Assembly (NCBI GenBank): GCA_963666365.2
Contig: CAXXNF010000002.1
Location: 1,952,001-2,016,000 of the forward strand
Direction of reading: 5' to 3'
DNA length: 64,000 nt
Source of the DNA: Syntrophales bacterium
GTDB lineage: Bacteria > Desulfobacterota > Syntrophia > Syntrophales > UBA2210
The notes under the pieces were generated by a model. That model was not told the origin of the DNA. It ran no database searches and saw only the letters and a list, made by a program, of their open reading frames with translations. The translations under genes were made by a program, and so were the position numbers. Of this stretch, positions 10,786 to 21,335 are shown piece after piece. Position 1 is the stretch's first letter. Every line of letters starts with the position of its first letter.

Positions 10786-11449
10786 TCAGTGTACCATCCT
10801 TCAGACCCACTGTTCGGTCCATTCGTACAGCCAATTCCATATTGTGCGTTACGATTATCAATGTGGTTCCCCGTTTTTGATTGAGTTCCAGGAGGAGGTC
10901 CTCGATTTTCCGCCCCGTTTCCCTGTCCAGATTGCCCGTTGGCTCATCAGCAAGCAATACTTCGGGTTCCATCATCATCGCCCTGACGACGGCAACCCGC
11001 TGTTGCTCCCCTCCGGAAAGTTGTCCGGGTTTGTGCGATAACCTATCACCAAGTCCCGCTTCAGTCAAGGTAATCTCGGCTTTTCGAAGGGCGTCCCTTT
11101 TCGACATTCCTCCGATAATAGCCGGCATCATTGCATTTTCCAGTGCCGTAAATTCGGGAAGCAGATGATGGAACTGGAACACAAAACCGATTTTTCTGTT
11201 TCTGAATTCCGCCTTTTTTCTTGCATCCCCCTGGAATACATCAACCCCATTATAGTACACATCGCCGCTCGAAGGGTGATCGAGAAGCCCAAGGATCTGC
11301 AGAAGCGTAGTTTTTCCTGATCCGGAAACCCCAAGAATCGACAGGGTTTCATGGTCGGCAATCTCAAGATCTATTCCCTTCAGAACGTCGACACCATTTC
11401 CGTCCATCATAAACGTCTTTGTAAGACTGCGAATTTCTACCATGATCAC
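10775..11449 (-). CDS. lolD: Lipoprotein-releasing ABC transporter ATPase
   Basis: GVSGSGKTT, GFVFQFHHLLPEF, LSGGEQQR and ADEPTGNLD. Confidence 0.92.
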   Translation of the reverse strand: MIMVEIRSLTKTFMMDGNGVDVLKGIDLEIADHETLSILGVSGSGKTTLLQILGLLDHPSSGDVYYNGVDVFQGDARKKAEFRNRKIGFVFQFHHLLPEFTALENAMMPAIIGGMSKRDALRKAEITLTEAGLGDRLSHKPGQLSGGEQQRVAVVRAMMMEPEVLLADEPTGNLDRETGRKIEDLLLELNQKRGTTLIIVTHNMELAVRMDRTVGLKDGTLNDF

Positions 11450-11455
11450 ATGTCC

Positions 11456-12718
11456 TTACTCATATCGCAAGGCTTCCGCGGGATCAAGCCTTGAAGCCTT
11501 CCACGCAGGATATATCGATGCCGCAAAACATATTACCATGGTAAGCACGACAATCATCCCCACATCGTCGAAATTGACCTGAGAAGGAAGCTCACTCAGA
11601 TAATAGACATCCTGGGGGAGCACCTTGAACCCGAAGATCCTTTCTATAAAGGCCGTCGTTGCCTCGAGATTTAAGGCAATGAGAATTCCTACGGCACACC
11701 CGAGCAAGGTTCCCACGGCGCCGATTACCAGGCCCTGTATCATGAATATCTTCATGATGCTCGGTCCGGTGGCGCCCATTGATTTCAAAACTCCGATATC
11801 ACGGGTTTTTTCCATGACCGACATGATAAGCGTGATAATTATGTTAAAGGCCGCCACCAGGACAATCAAGCTCAATATGATAAACATGACCCGCTTTTCC
11901 AGCCTGAGTGCCGAAAAGAGATTCTTGTTCATTTCCATCCAGGTCCGCGCCTGGAAGAGATATCCCAGTTGCGCTTCAATTGCATCGGCGATTACATCCG
12001 CACGGTCCGCATGTGAAACTTTTATCCCGATGCCTGTGACCGCGTCCCCCATGTTAAGGAATTTTTTGCAATCTTCCAGTGACATCAGGGCAAGCGAAGC
12101 GTCATATTCATAAAATCCCGATTCAAAGATTCCCATCACGCGAAATGTCTTAAGCCTCGGCACCGTACCCATGGGGGTAGAAACACCCATGGGAAGAATA
12201 ATCTCCGTTTCGTCACCTTCATGCAGGCCCAGATTGCGGGCCAGTTCCCTTCCCACGACCAGGGGGGGCAATGCGGATTTGTCGTGATCTTTTCCTTCAT
12301 TGTCGGAAAAGTTGATATCCCCCTCCACTATCTTTCCTAACGTCATAACGGAAAGGGCGCTATCAGGGTCTATTCCCCGAAGCTGCACACCGCTGACCCG
12401 ATCATCCTTTTTCACCATGGCCTGCCCATAGACGAAGGGGGTAGATGCGGTGACACCCTCAACTCCGTTCACTCTCCTCATGACTGCGTGGTAATTTTTT
12501 ATGCCGCCATCGAAGTGCATGAGGACAATATGTGAGTTGACGCCAAGTATTTTTTTACGAAGTTCACCCTCAAATCCATTCATGACCGCAAGTACGATTA
12601 TCAGTGCGGCAACGCCAAGCAATATGCCTGCTGTCGAAATGATAGTATTGATTGAAATAAAGGTTTGCTTTCTCTTCGCTCTGAGATAGCGGAACCCTAT
12701 GAAGAACTCATAGCGCAT
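11456..12718 (-). CDS. lolE: Lipoprotein-releasing ABC transporter permease (LolC/E family)
   Basis: VLAVMNGF, LIVLVAAFNI and YPAWKASRLDPAEALRYE. Confidence 0.9.
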   Translation of the reverse strand: MRYEFFIGFRYLRAKRKQTFISINTIISTAGILLGVAALIIVLAVMNGFEGELRKKILGVNSHIVLMHFDGGIKNYHAVMRRVNGVEGVTASTPFVYGQAMVKKDDRVSGVQLRGIDPDSALSVMTLGKIVEGDINFSDNEGKDHDKSALPPLVVGRELARNLGLHEGDETEIILPMGVSTPMGTVPRLKTFRVMGIFESGFYEYDASLALMSLEDCKKFLNMGDAVTGIGIKVSHADRADVIADAIEAQLGYLFQARTWMEMNKNLFSALRLEKRVMFIILSLIVLVAAFNIIITLIMSVMEKTRDIGVLKSMGATGPSIMKIFMIQGLVIGAVGTLLGCAVGILIALNLEATTAFIERIFGFKVLPQDVYYLSELPSQVNFDDVGMIVVLTMVICFAASIYPAWKASRLDPAEALRYE

Positions 12719-12834
12719 TCTTACACCTTACCGCCGACCCCCGGAGTTTTGCGGTTTCATCTGCACCGCAACAGTCGCCAAAAGAGGATACGAAGATCCA
12801 GTAAGCGCAGGTCGCTTGACAGCTCTGCCACTGG

Positions 12835-14325
12835 CTACCCTTTCTGGCTCTTCGAGCGCATGTGCGGAAATAAAATGACATCTCGAATTGACGGCGAATC
12901 GGTAAAAAGCATCACCAGACGATCGATCCCAATTCCTTCACCCGCCGTCGGAGGCATCCCGTACTCCAGGGCCGTAATATAATCTTCATCCATTGCATGC
13001 GCCTCTTCGTCTCCGGCTTCCTTCCGGGCAAGCTGCGACAGAAAACGTTCCCGCTGGTCATCAGGATCATTGAGTTCTGAAAAGGCGTTGGCAATCTCCC
13101 TTCCATAGATGTAAAGTTCGAAACGATCAGTATAGGCGGCGTCGGCAGGGTTTTTCCTTGAAAGAGGAGATACTTCTATAGGATACTGTGTCACAAAGGT
13201 CGGCTGAAGCAACTTTTCTTCAACCGCCTGTTCGAAGATCGCCACAATGATCTTGCCTAAAGGGTCCTCGTCATCAACAGCGGCGCCCAGCTCCTTTGCC
13301 GCATTCAGCGCCCTATCACGATCTTCGAGAACCGAAGGATCTAAATCCCTGTATTTTAGAATGGCCTCTTTCACCGTCAGTCTCTGCCAGGGGGGAGTCA
13401 AGTCTATCTCCGTCCCCTGATAGGTAAACGTCAAAGAACCGAAAAGTTCCCGAGCGACGAACATAAGGAGTTCTTCGGTAAAATTCATAAGATCTTCATA
13501 GGTTGCATAGGCCTGATAAAACTCCATCATAGTAAACTCGGGATTGTGAAAAATGGATATCCCTTCATTCCGAAAATTGCGATTGATTTCAAAGACCCGT
13601 TCCAGACCGCCTACCACAAGACGTTTCAGATAGAGTTCAGGGGCTATTCGCAGGTAAAGATCCATATCAAGCGTGTTATGATGCGTCTTGAAGGGCCGGG
13701 CCGCCGCGCCGCCCGCAATGGGGTGCATCATAGGCGTTTCCACTTCAAGAAAATCCCTGCTTTCCATAAACTGTCGTATTAAGCCGATAATTCTGCTTCT
13801 TGCGTAAAATGTCTCCTTTACCTCGAGATTCATTATAAGATCCAGGTATCTCTGGCGATATCGCGCCTCAACATCGGTCAAACCATGCCACTTTTCGGGC
13901 AGTGGTTTCAGAGACTTCGACAGAAGTCGAATCTCATCGGCCTCAATCGTCAATTCGCCCGTATGTGTCTTAAAGGGACAACCTGCGACATAGACCACAT
14001 CCCCCACATCGAATTTTTTAAAAAGGGAATACCTGTCATCTCCCACCTTGTCTTTTCTGATATAGACCTGAAGCCTGCCCTTTCTGTCCTGAACACTTAC
14101 AAATGACGCCTTGCCGAATACGCGCCGGGCCATGATTCTACCCGCCAATTGAAACCGCTCCGTCACCTCATGAAGCGCCTCACTGTCCATATCGGCAAAA
14201 CGGCGGATGATTTCGTCGGTCGTGGAAGTCACTGTCACATCATTGGGATAAAGTTCAACCCCCATCGATTTCAGATTTTCTATCTTTTCTCTTTTCGTTT
14301 TCAGCAGCTCGCTTTTCTCTTCCAT
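12835..14325 (-). CDS. lysS: Lysine--tRNA ligase (class II)
   Basis: PLPEKWHGL, YLRIAPELYLKRL, FRNEG and GIGIDRL. Start placed at MEEKS (14325). Confidence 0.97.
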   Translation of the reverse strand: MEEKSELLKTKREKIENLKSMGVELYPNDVTVTSTTDEIIRRFADMDSEALHEVTERFQLAGRIMARRVFGKASFVSVQDRKGRLQVYIRKDKVGDDRYSLFKKFDVGDVVYVAGCPFKTHTGELTIEADEIRLLSKSLKPLPEKWHGLTDVEARYRQRYLDLIMNLEVKETFYARSRIIGLIRQFMESRDFLEVETPMMHPIAGGAAARPFKTHHNTLDMDLYLRIAPELYLKRLVVGGLERVFEINRNFRNEGISIFHNPEFTMMEFYQAYATYEDLMNFTEELLMFVARELFGSLTFTYQGTEIDLTPPWQRLTVKEAILKYRDLDPSVLEDRDRALNAAKELGAAVDDEDPLGKIIVAIFEQAVEEKLLQPTFVTQYPIEVSPLSRKNPADAAYTDRFELYIYGREIANAFSELNDPDDQRERFLSQLARKEAGDEEAHAMDEDYITALEYGMPPTAGEGIGIDRLVMLFTDSPSIRDVILFPHMRSKSQKG

Positions 14326-14405
14326 TCGCTCCAATCCCGGCTTAAATATTGAAAAAGAGTACCTATATTTTTTTACCGCTTTAGTCAAGACATTTGAGAA
14401 AAGGA

Positions 14406-14434
14406 TTGACAAAAAATAATGCTGATACTAGCAT
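14406..14434 (+). promoter_or_regulatory. Candidate sigma70 promoter for the rfaE operon
   Basis: TTGACA-N17-TAGCAT ending 43 nt upstream of the ATG at 14478. Confidence 0.5.
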
Positions 14435-14477
14435 GCAACGTTGCGTTTCACGGACATAACAGACAATTGGAAAAATA

Positions 14478-15470
14478 ATGAAACAACATCCCACAAGACA
14501 ACGGGCCCTCGAAATAATCAGACGTTTTTCTTCCGCGCGCGTCCTCATTATCGGCGACATCATGGTCGACCATTTCATCTGGGGCAAGGTTTCAAGAATC
14601 TCTCCGGAGGCCCCTGTACCGGTCGTGCTTGTATCGAATGAGAGTCAGCTTCTCGGCGGGTGCGCCAATGTGTTAAATAATGTATGTTCCATGGGTGGAC
14701 AGGCCTACATAAGCGGCGCTATAGGCGATGATGCCATGGGACAGTGGGTGATAGATGAACTTGGCAAAGTAAAGGTCGATGCAGGAGGAATAATCAGGAA
14801 GAAAGATCGGCAGACCCCTGTAAAAACGAGGATAATCGCCCATCGCCAGCAAGTCGTTCGTTTTGACAGGGAAAACAAAAGGCCCCTCGGCATCGACGAC
14901 ATACGGGAGATCATTGCCTATGTCGCGTCGGTGAAGAATAAAATCGGGGCAATTATCGTTTCCGATTATAACAAGGGATTTGTATCTGAAGCACTGCTCG
15001 ATGAAGTCCGCCGCATTGTGGAGGGAACCTCCATTGCCCTGTGCATAGACCCCAAGCAAAGCGATTTTTCGTTTTACAGGGGATGCGATATGATCACGCC
15101 AAACCAGAACGAAGCGGCTCAGGCCCTGGGCAGGGAACTTACCTCCTTCGAGGACGTGATCGAGGGGGGGACGGCGCTGATGAAGGACTATGGCTTCAAG
15201 TCACTGCTCATTACGCGAGGTGAAGAGGGCATGGTCCTTTTTGAAAGGAGCAAAGGCATCACACATACTCCCATCTCTGCCGTCGCCAAGGAGGTCTATG
15301 ATGTGACAGGAGCCGGTGATACAGTGATCGGGATTTTCGCTCTCGCCGTTGCTGCAGGTGCTTCATTTAAAGAAGCGGCAGTGCTTGCGAACCATGCCGC
15401 AGGCATTGTAGTCGGCAAGGTGGGAACGGCAACTGCCTCCCAGCAGGAATTGGTGAACCTACTGTCATGA
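14478..15470 (+). CDS. rfaE1: D-glycero-beta-D-manno-heptose-7-phosphate kinase (RfaE/HldE kinase domain only)
   Basis: RISPEAPVPV, SDYNKG and DVTGAGDTV motifs. Confidence 0.92.
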   Translation: MKQHPTRQRALEIIRRFSSARVLIIGDIMVDHFIWGKVSRISPEAPVPVVLVSNESQLLGGCANVLNNVCSMGGQAYISGAIGDDAMGQWVIDELGKVKVDAGGIIRKKDRQTPVKTRIIAHRQQVVRFDRENKRPLGIDDIREIIAYVASVKNKIGAIIVSDYNKGFVSEALLDEVRRIVEGTSIALCIDPKQSDFSFYRGCDMITPNQNEAAQALGRELTSFEDVIEGGTALMKDYGFKSLLITRGEEGMVLFERSKGITHTPISAVAKEVYDVTGAGDTVIGIFALAVAAGASFKEAAVLANHAAGIVVGKVGTATASQQELVNLLS

Positions 15471-16018
15471 GTAACCCCAGCAATCCCAATCCGGTAAAAT
15501 TGGTGTCGAGCATCTTTTCAGCCGATACGCATCTGATCGTCGCAGTGGTAAATGAATTGTCGGCAATGTTCGGAATGATCGATTACATCAGTGAATTGAT
15601 CCCCTTCGAATATACAGACTACTATGTGAAGGAAATGGGGCCTCGACAGAAAAGACGCTTCGTTTCATTTGAGAATCTCCTTTGCCCCGATACTCTACCC
15701 GCGATCAAGCTATCCACAAATGCACTAGAAGAAACCTTTTCCGCTATGGAAAAAAGAAAAATCAACATAGATCCCGGATATATATCGCTGGGCAATCTTG
15801 TACTCGCCACAGGAAAACCTTTTGCCCACAGGCCCTATCTGGGGAGTGGAATCTATGCCGACTTGACCCTTGTGTACCAAAGAGGCGGGTTCCATCCCCT
15901 AGAGTGGACATATCCCGATTATCGCGAATGCGGGATGCTGCGCATGCTTGCCGGTATCAGGGGAAAGTATCTCATTCAGTTGACACAATCGAAGAGGGAG
16001 GCACTACAGACAATATGA
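15467..16018 (+). CDS. Conserved protein, DUF4416-like
   Basis: TDYYxxEMG, INIDPGY, HRPYLGSGIYADLTL and WTYPDY. Confidence 0.75.
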   Translation: MSNPSNPNPVKLVSSIFSADTHLIVAVVNELSAMFGMIDYISELIPFEYTDYYVKEMGPRQKRRFVSFENLLCPDTLPAIKLSTNALEETFSAMEKRKINIDPGYISLGNLVLATGKPFAHRPYLGSGIYADLTLVYQRGGFHPLEWTYPDYRECGMLRMLAGIRGKYLIQLTQSKREALQTI

Positions 16019-16899
16019 TAACAAGTATGACCGGTTACGGCAGGGCTGAATCAGCGCTGGAGGGGAAACGGATAGTCGCAGAGATTAAGTCTCTAAACCA
16101 CAGAAATCTGGAGATAAGCGTCCGGTTTCCTAATGTGCTGAGCCCGCTGGAAGTCCCGATCAAGAAAAGAATCAGCGAAAGGATATCACGGGGAAGGGTG
16201 GAAATTTCCATCCGCTTCGATGCCGATCAGGGGGGCGCCGACAGTGACAGCCTCTTTGTCAACATGCCTCTGATGCGCAACTATTACGAATTGCTGACCG
16301 CCATTAAGGAAGAATTCGGGCTCGCAGACTCTATCACCCTGGAGCTGCTCGCAAATGTAAGAAACGGCATATACGCAGCGGAGGCTCAGATTGACCCGGA
16401 AAACGCGTGGCCCGTCATCTGCGGTGTAGTCGACGGCGCCGTAGAAGCCCTGATTGACATGAAAAAGGTCGAAGGCACGCTCCTCTACGCTGATTTTACG
16501 GAACGGATAAATCTGATCAAGCAGTACCTGGACTCGCTGAAACCGAAGGCGCCGCAGGTGGTGCAGGAATACAAAGCACGGCTGTCGGAAAGGCTTGAAG
16601 AACTCGCCGGCGGGGTGCAAATTGATCCGCTGCGTCTCGCGCAGGAAATTGCAATTATGGCGGATAAGATCGACATCACCGAGGAGATTGTTCGCCTTGA
16701 CAGTCACATGCACCAATTGAGGAATCTGCTGGAAAGTCTCGAACCCGTGGGAAGAAAGATGGATTTTCTTTTTCAGGAGATGCATCGTGAAATAAATACC
16801 ATAGGTTCCAAAAGCAGCGATCTCGATATATCGCGCAATGTAATTGAAATAAAAACGGAACTTGCAAAACTACGGGAACAGGTTCAGAATATCGAATAA
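16015..16899 (+). CDS. yicC: YicC/YloC family endoribonuclease
   Basis: MITSMTGYGR start at 16015; DITEEIVRL, REINTIGSK and REQVQNIE. Confidence 0.93.
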   Translation: MITSMTGYGRAESALEGKRIVAEIKSLNHRNLEISVRFPNVLSPLEVPIKKRISERISRGRVEISIRFDADQGGADSDSLFVNMPLMRNYYELLTAIKEEFGLADSITLELLANVRNGIYAAEAQIDPENAWPVICGVVDGAVEALIDMKKVEGTLLYADFTERINLIKQYLDSLKPKAPQVVQEYKARLSERLEELAGGVQIDPLRLAQEIAIMADKIDITEEIVRLDSHMHQLRNLLESLEPVGRKMDFLFQEMHREINTIGSKSSDLDISRNVIEIKTELAKLREQVQNIE

Positions 16900-16919
16900 A
16901 TGAGAGGGGTTTCGACGCC

Positions 16920-17531
16920 TTGCCTGATAATAAAAGAGGATTTCTTATGGTTGTTTCCGCGCCGTCGGGCACAGGGAAGACCACTCTATGCAAACGGCTT
17001 CTCAAGGGACAGCCTGATTTGCGCTTTTCCATATCCTACACCACGCGTCCTCAAAGGGCGAGAGAAGTAAACGGAAGGGACTACCATTTCATCTCAGAAG
17101 CAGTATTCAGGGAAAAACGCCGGCTGGGCGAATTTATAGAAACCGAAGAAATTTTCAATAATTTCTACGGTACCTCGGGAAAGGACATAGAGGACTGTCT
17201 GGCAGCGGGGAAAAACATACTTCTCGATGTAGACACAAGGGGCGCAGAACACATAAAAGCAGTCTATCCTGAAGGCGTGTTTGTCTTTATTCTTCCCCCC
17301 TCGCTTGATGCGCTCAAGGAGCGGCTGACCCGAAGAGGATCAGAGGATGAAGCGACAATGAAAATCCGGTTGAAAAGAGCCTATGACGAAGTTCACGAAA
17401 ATCATTGGTATGATTATATAATCATTAATGATATACTCAGCTATTCATTAAAGGCTCTCGAATCCATCTATATAGCGGAAAAATGCAGGAGATTCAGACA
17501 ATTAGAGATTATAAACCGAGTGATACTGTAA
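16920..17531 (+). CDS. gmk: Guanylate kinase
   Basis: SAPSGTGKTT, SYTTRPQR, NFYGT and FILPPS. Confidence 0.95.
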   Translation: MPDNKRGFLMVVSAPSGTGKTTLCKRLLKGQPDLRFSISYTTRPQRAREVNGRDYHFISEAVFREKRRLGEFIETEEIFNNFYGTSGKDIEDCLAAGKNILLDVDTRGAEHIKAVYPEGVFVFILPPSLDALKERLTRRGSEDEATMKIRLKRAYDEVHENHWYDYIIINDILSYSLKALESIYIAEKCRRFRQLEIINRVIL

Positions 17532-17549
17532 AAAGGAGGCATGTAATTA

Positions 17550-17822
17550 ATGGCACGAGTCACCGTTGAAGATTCACTAAAACAGGCAAAAAACAGGTTC
17601 GCCCTGACCATCCTGACGGTTCAGCGCGTCCGGCAGCTTTACAAAGGTTCAGCGCCGCTTTCGGAGAAAAAAAACAACCGGGAGGTGGTCACGGCCCTGA
17701 GGGAAATAGCGGAAGGAAAGGTTGCCTACTCACATCCGGAATATCTAAATCGACTTAACGAGGGGCTGAAACAGATTCCCCATGAATCGGAATTTATAGG
17801 CAGTGAAGATGAAATCGAGTGA
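17550..17822 (+). CDS. rpoZ: RNA polymerase omega subunit
   Basis: MARVTVED...NRF...ALREIA. Confidence 0.93.
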   Translation: MARVTVEDSLKQAKNRFALTILTVQRVRQLYKGSAPLSEKKNNREVVTALREIAEGKVAYSHPEYLNRLNEGLKQIPHESEFIGSEDEIE

Positions 17823-18582
17823 CAGAGGAAAGGATCACCTGATCTTTGCCCTCGACGTGGGGGACGATTTCGAAAGCGCCCTTGAATGGGTGGCGCTATT
17901 GAAGGATCACGTGGGTATTTTTAAAGTAGGGAAAGAGGCTTTTACCCGTTTTGGACCGCCCCTCGTAGAAGAAATACACGCTCTGGGCGCCGGCGTGTTT
18001 CTTGATCTTAAATTCCACGACATACCCAATACGGTGGCGCGGGCGGCGGAAGCAGCCACCAGACTAAAGGTGGAAATGTTCAATGTTCATGCCCTCGGCG
18101 GCGCCGCTATGATGAAAAATACTGCAGAGGCGGTTCGTGCCGCCGCCGAAGCGACCGGAATCATTCCCCCCGCCGTTCTTGCCGTCACCGTTCTTACGAG
18201 TCTCAACGATCGTGATCTGGGAGATCTCGGGTTCCAGTGCACCACGGGGGTTCTCGTTCCCCGGCTCGCAACGCTGGCTCAAGAGGCGGGCCTTACAGGC
18301 GTCGTGGCGTCGGCGCAGGACGTTCCCGCGTTGCGCAGGACCTGCGGAGATGACTTCGTGATCGTCACCCCGGGTATTAGACTTGTGGAAGAAGTTGCGG
18401 GTGATGACCAGAAAAGGACACTGACTCCCAAAGAGGCCATTGCGGTCGGCGCCGATTTCATTGTCGTGGGTCGACCGATACGAAGGGCAGACGATCCTGT
18501 CGCCGCAGCCGGAAAAATTAATATCGAAATAGAGGAAGGACTTGCGGCAAGGAACAAGAGACTGTCAGATCGGGGTAAATAA
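17803..18582 (+). CDS. pyrF: Orotidine-5'-phosphate decarboxylase
   Basis: FLDLKFHDIPNTV, VTPGIR, DDQKR and VVGRPI. Confidence 0.96.
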   Translation: MKMKSSDRGKDHLIFALDVGDDFESALEWVALLKDHVGIFKVGKEAFTRFGPPLVEEIHALGAGVFLDLKFHDIPNTVARAAEAATRLKVEMFNVHALGGAAMMKNTAEAVRAAAEATGIIPPAVLAVTVLTSLNDRDLGDLGFQCTTGVLVPRLATLAQEAGLTGVVASAQDVPALRRTCGDDFVIVTPGIRLVEEVAGDDQKRTLTPKEAIAVGADFIVVGRPIRRADDPVAAAGKINIEIEEGLAARNKRLSDRGK

Positions 18583-18591
18583 AGGACATCC

Positions 18592-19347
18592 ATGCAGGTG
18601 ATCTACGGCATCCATCCAATCCTTGAATCACTCAAATCAGGCGGTGAAGGGATTGAAAGAATCATCCTCGCGAGGGGAAAAAAAAGCGACGCCGTTAAGG
18701 AAATTCTCGCCATCGCGGGAAGGAAGGACATTGCGGTTAAATATGATGAGCGCGCTGCTCTTGACAGACTCGCCGCGGGGAAGCGTCATCAGGGAATTGT
18801 CTGCCTTTGCGAAGAGTTCATCTATACACCGCTGGAAGAAGTAATTTCACAGTGCACACATTCAGAAAGCGGCGGTCTCATACTGATCCTCGATTCAATT
18901 CTTGATCCGCAGAATCTGGGATCTTTGATTAGAAGCGGCCACTGTTTCGGTGCGAAGGGCATTATCATTCCGAAGAATCGCGCCGCACCCGTCACTCCCG
19001 CCGTTATGAAGGCATCAGCAGGGAGCGCCGGTCACACGGCAATATCCCGTGTGGTAAACATAGGGGCTGCAATCGATACGCTCAAGGAAGAGGGGTTCTG
19101 GATATACGGCGCCGATGTAGCGAAGGGACAGGACACGCGGAATTTTGATTATCAAGGACGGGTGGGCCTTGTGCTTGGCAGCGAGGGAACCGGTCTACGC
19201 CCCCTGGTCAAAGGCAAATGTGATTTCCTGATTACCATGCCCATGGCAGGCAGGATCGACTCTCTCAATGTGTCGGTAGCGGGAGGAATACTTATGTACG
19301 AAATTATGAGAAACAAATGTTCATGCGTATCCCCGAGTATTCTTTAG
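18592..19347 (+). CDS. rlmB: 23S rRNA Gm2251 methyltransferase (TrmH family)
   Basis: DPQNLGSLIRS, GSEGTG and SLNVSVA. Confidence 0.9.
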   Translation: MQVIYGIHPILESLKSGGEGIERIILARGKKSDAVKEILAIAGRKDIAVKYDERAALDRLAAGKRHQGIVCLCEEFIYTPLEEVISQCTHSESGGLILILDSILDPQNLGSLIRSGHCFGAKGIIIPKNRAAPVTPAVMKASAGSAGHTAISRVVNIGAAIDTLKEEGFWIYGADVAKGQDTRNFDYQGRVGLVLGSEGTGLRPLVKGKCDFLITMPMAGRIDSLNVSVAGGILMYEIMRNKCSCVSPSIL

Positions 19348-19372
19348 GAACGTGCAGTAAGGAGGTTTGCAT

Positions 19373-20581
19373 ATGCCCGAATATATCTGGGTGGGGCTGA
19401 CAAAAAGGAAAGAGGAAAAAACAGGCGAAATAGAGGCCCCCGACGAAGCAGCAGTAAGAATTCAGCTCAGGCGACAGGGCATCAGGCCGAGCAGCATCAA
19501 GAAAAAACCCAAAGACCTCCTTGAGAATATTCCTTTTTTTCAGGAAAAGGTCAAAGAGAAAGACGTAGTCATTTTTGCACGACAGTTCGCCACAATGATT
19601 AATGCCGGCCTTCCCATTATTCAGTGCCTTGACCTGCTGTCGGCCGAGGAACCGAACAAGACCTTCAAAAAAATCGTTCTCACGATCAAGGATGATATTG
19701 AAGGAGGGTTGTCACTTTCAGAATCGATAGCGAAGTATCCCGATGTGTTCGACGATCTTTTTGTCAACCTCGTGGCCGCCGGCGAGGCAGGGGGTATTCT
19801 GGACCTGATTCTCAACAGACTTTCCAATTACATGGAAAAGGCCATGAAGCTCAAGTCCAAGGTCAAGGGCGCCATGACCTACCCTGCAAGCGTCCTCGTC
19901 ATCTCCATCGGCGTCGTCGTGCTTTTGCTTTATAAGGTGGTCCCGGTATTCGTTGACATGTTTTCCGGAATGGGATCGGCGCTTCCGGCGCCCACGCAAT
20001 TTCTTGTAGATGCCAGTGAGTTCGTCCAGAGCTATATAATCTATATGGCAGCCGGCGCGGCTGTTCTTATCTTTGCTTTTAAACGGTACTACAAGACACA
20101 ACGGGGAAGGCTTCAGGTGGACAGTCTTGTGCTCAAAGCGCCGGTCTTCGGCGATCTGCTCAAGAAGGTCGCGGTGGCAAAGTTTTCGCGCACACTGTCG
20201 ACAATGATCAGCAGCGGCGTTCCTATCCTGCAGGGCCTTGAAATCGTCAGCAAAACAGCGGGGAACAAGGTCGTCGAGAATTCCCTTATGGCAACACGAA
20301 AAAGCATCAGCGAAGGGAAAACAATTGCAGAACCTCTTGCAGCAACGGGAATCTTTCCCTCAATGGTGGTCTCAATGATCGGAGTGGGAGAAAACACTGG
20401 CGCCCTTGACGCAATGCTTGCAAAGATCGCCGATTTTTATGACGACGAGGTTGACGCTGCGGTAGACGCACTCACCTCTCTTCTGGAACCTTTTATGATG
20501 GTGTTTCTGGGAGGGGTTGTGGGCGGCATGCTGATCGCACTCTACCTTCCCATTTTCTCCATGGCCGGCACCGTAGGGTAA
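19373..20581 (+). CDS. pilC: Type IV pilus inner-membrane platform protein (T2SS F family)
   Basis: FARQFATMINAG, AGEAGG and ALYLPIF. AAGGAGG RBS precedes the ATG at 19373. Confidence 0.88.
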   Translation: MPEYIWVGLTKRKEEKTGEIEAPDEAAVRIQLRRQGIRPSSIKKKPKDLLENIPFFQEKVKEKDVVIFARQFATMINAGLPIIQCLDLLSAEEPNKTFKKIVLTIKDDIEGGLSLSESIAKYPDVFDDLFVNLVAAGEAGGILDLILNRLSNYMEKAMKLKSKVKGAMTYPASVLVISIGVVVLLLYKVVPVFVDMFSGMGSALPAPTQFLVDASEFVQSYIIYMAAGAAVLIFAFKRYYKTQRGRLQVDSLVLKAPVFGDLLKKVAVAKFSRTLSTMISSGVPILQGLEIVSKTAGNKVVENSLMATRKSISEGKTIAEPLAATGIFPSMVVSMIGVGENTGALDAMLAKIADFYDDEVDAAVDALTSLLEPFMMVFLGGVVGGMLIALYLPIFSMAGTVG

Positions 20582-20627
20582 GGCATCTCCCGCCGCCCCC
20601 ATGGCCGTTGCGCAGGAAAGAAAAAAA

Positions 20628-20704
20628 TGGTCGGGATGGCGCGATTTGAACGCGCGACTCCTGCGTCCCGAACGCAGTGCCCTACCAGGCTGGGCCACAT
20701 CCCG
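20628..20704 (-). tRNA. tRNA-Pro (anticodon CGG)
   Basis: Minus strand reads CGGGATGTGGCCCAGCCTGGTAGGGCACTGCGTTCGGGACGCAGGAGTCGCGCGTTCAAATCGCGCCATCCCGACCA: 77 nt cloverleaf, anticodon loop TTCGGGA, T-loop GTTCAAATC, encoded CCA. Confidence 0.96.
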
Positions 20705-20849
20705 ACACGGAAGTTCCAATTATATAATTTATCGAAAAAAGTCCATAAAAAAATGGATGTAAAAGAAATTGCATGATAGAAGGCTTCGCATTGTCAGTCA
20801 TGTTGTTTCGTGATATAGTGTTTATAAATTTCTAAGGGGTAATAATTTC

Positions 20850-21266
20850 GTGATAGTTTATGATCTTACCTGCCAGGATAACCATATATTTGAGGGATGG
20901 TTCAAAGATCGTGCAGCCTATGAGAAACAGAAGGAGAAAAAGCTGATCGTCTGTCCCGTGTGCGGAAGTCTGGACATAGAAATGGTTCCATCGTCCGTGG
21001 CTATCGTAGGAAAGGGTTCGCATGAAAGAGAGGTGACGCAACCCCGGGACCGGACGCCCGCGATGAATCTGAAGATGCTGAGCGATTTCATTGACAAACA
21101 CTTTGACAATGTGGGGGACCATTTTGCTGAGGTCGCCCTGAAAATGCACCGTGGCGAAGAAGAAAAGAGAAACATAAAAGGGTACACCACAAAGACAGAG
21201 GAAGAAACGCTTAAGGAAGAAGGCGTACAGTTTATAAAAATCCCCACACCCAAATTTGACAGTTGA
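20850..21266 (+). CDS. DUF1178 family zinc-ribbon protein
   Basis: MIVYDLTC..HIFEGWF, CPVCGS, NVGDHFAEVA and EEGV. Confidence 0.8.
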   Translation: MIVYDLTCQDNHIFEGWFKDRAAYEKQKEKKLIVCPVCGSLDIEMVPSSVAIVGKGSHEREVTQPRDRTPAMNLKMLSDFIDKHFDNVGDHFAEVALKMHRGEEEKRNIKGYTTKTEEETLKEEGVQFIKIPTPKFDS

Positions 21267-21335
21267 TCCGTTCGGGAGTAGAGGAATACATCGCCAGGGG
21301 TTTCGCATGCGACCACCTTTTATTTATGTGCGGCC

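Noticed and set aside
15682..16014. 111-aa N-terminal extension of YicC in the ORF track
   Set aside because: It overlaps the upstream gene; the family start MITSMTGYGR at 16015 has its own RBS
20628..20704. tRNA-Pro as an integration site for an island
   Set aside because: No integrase, and I saw no duplicated tRNA 3' end in the window
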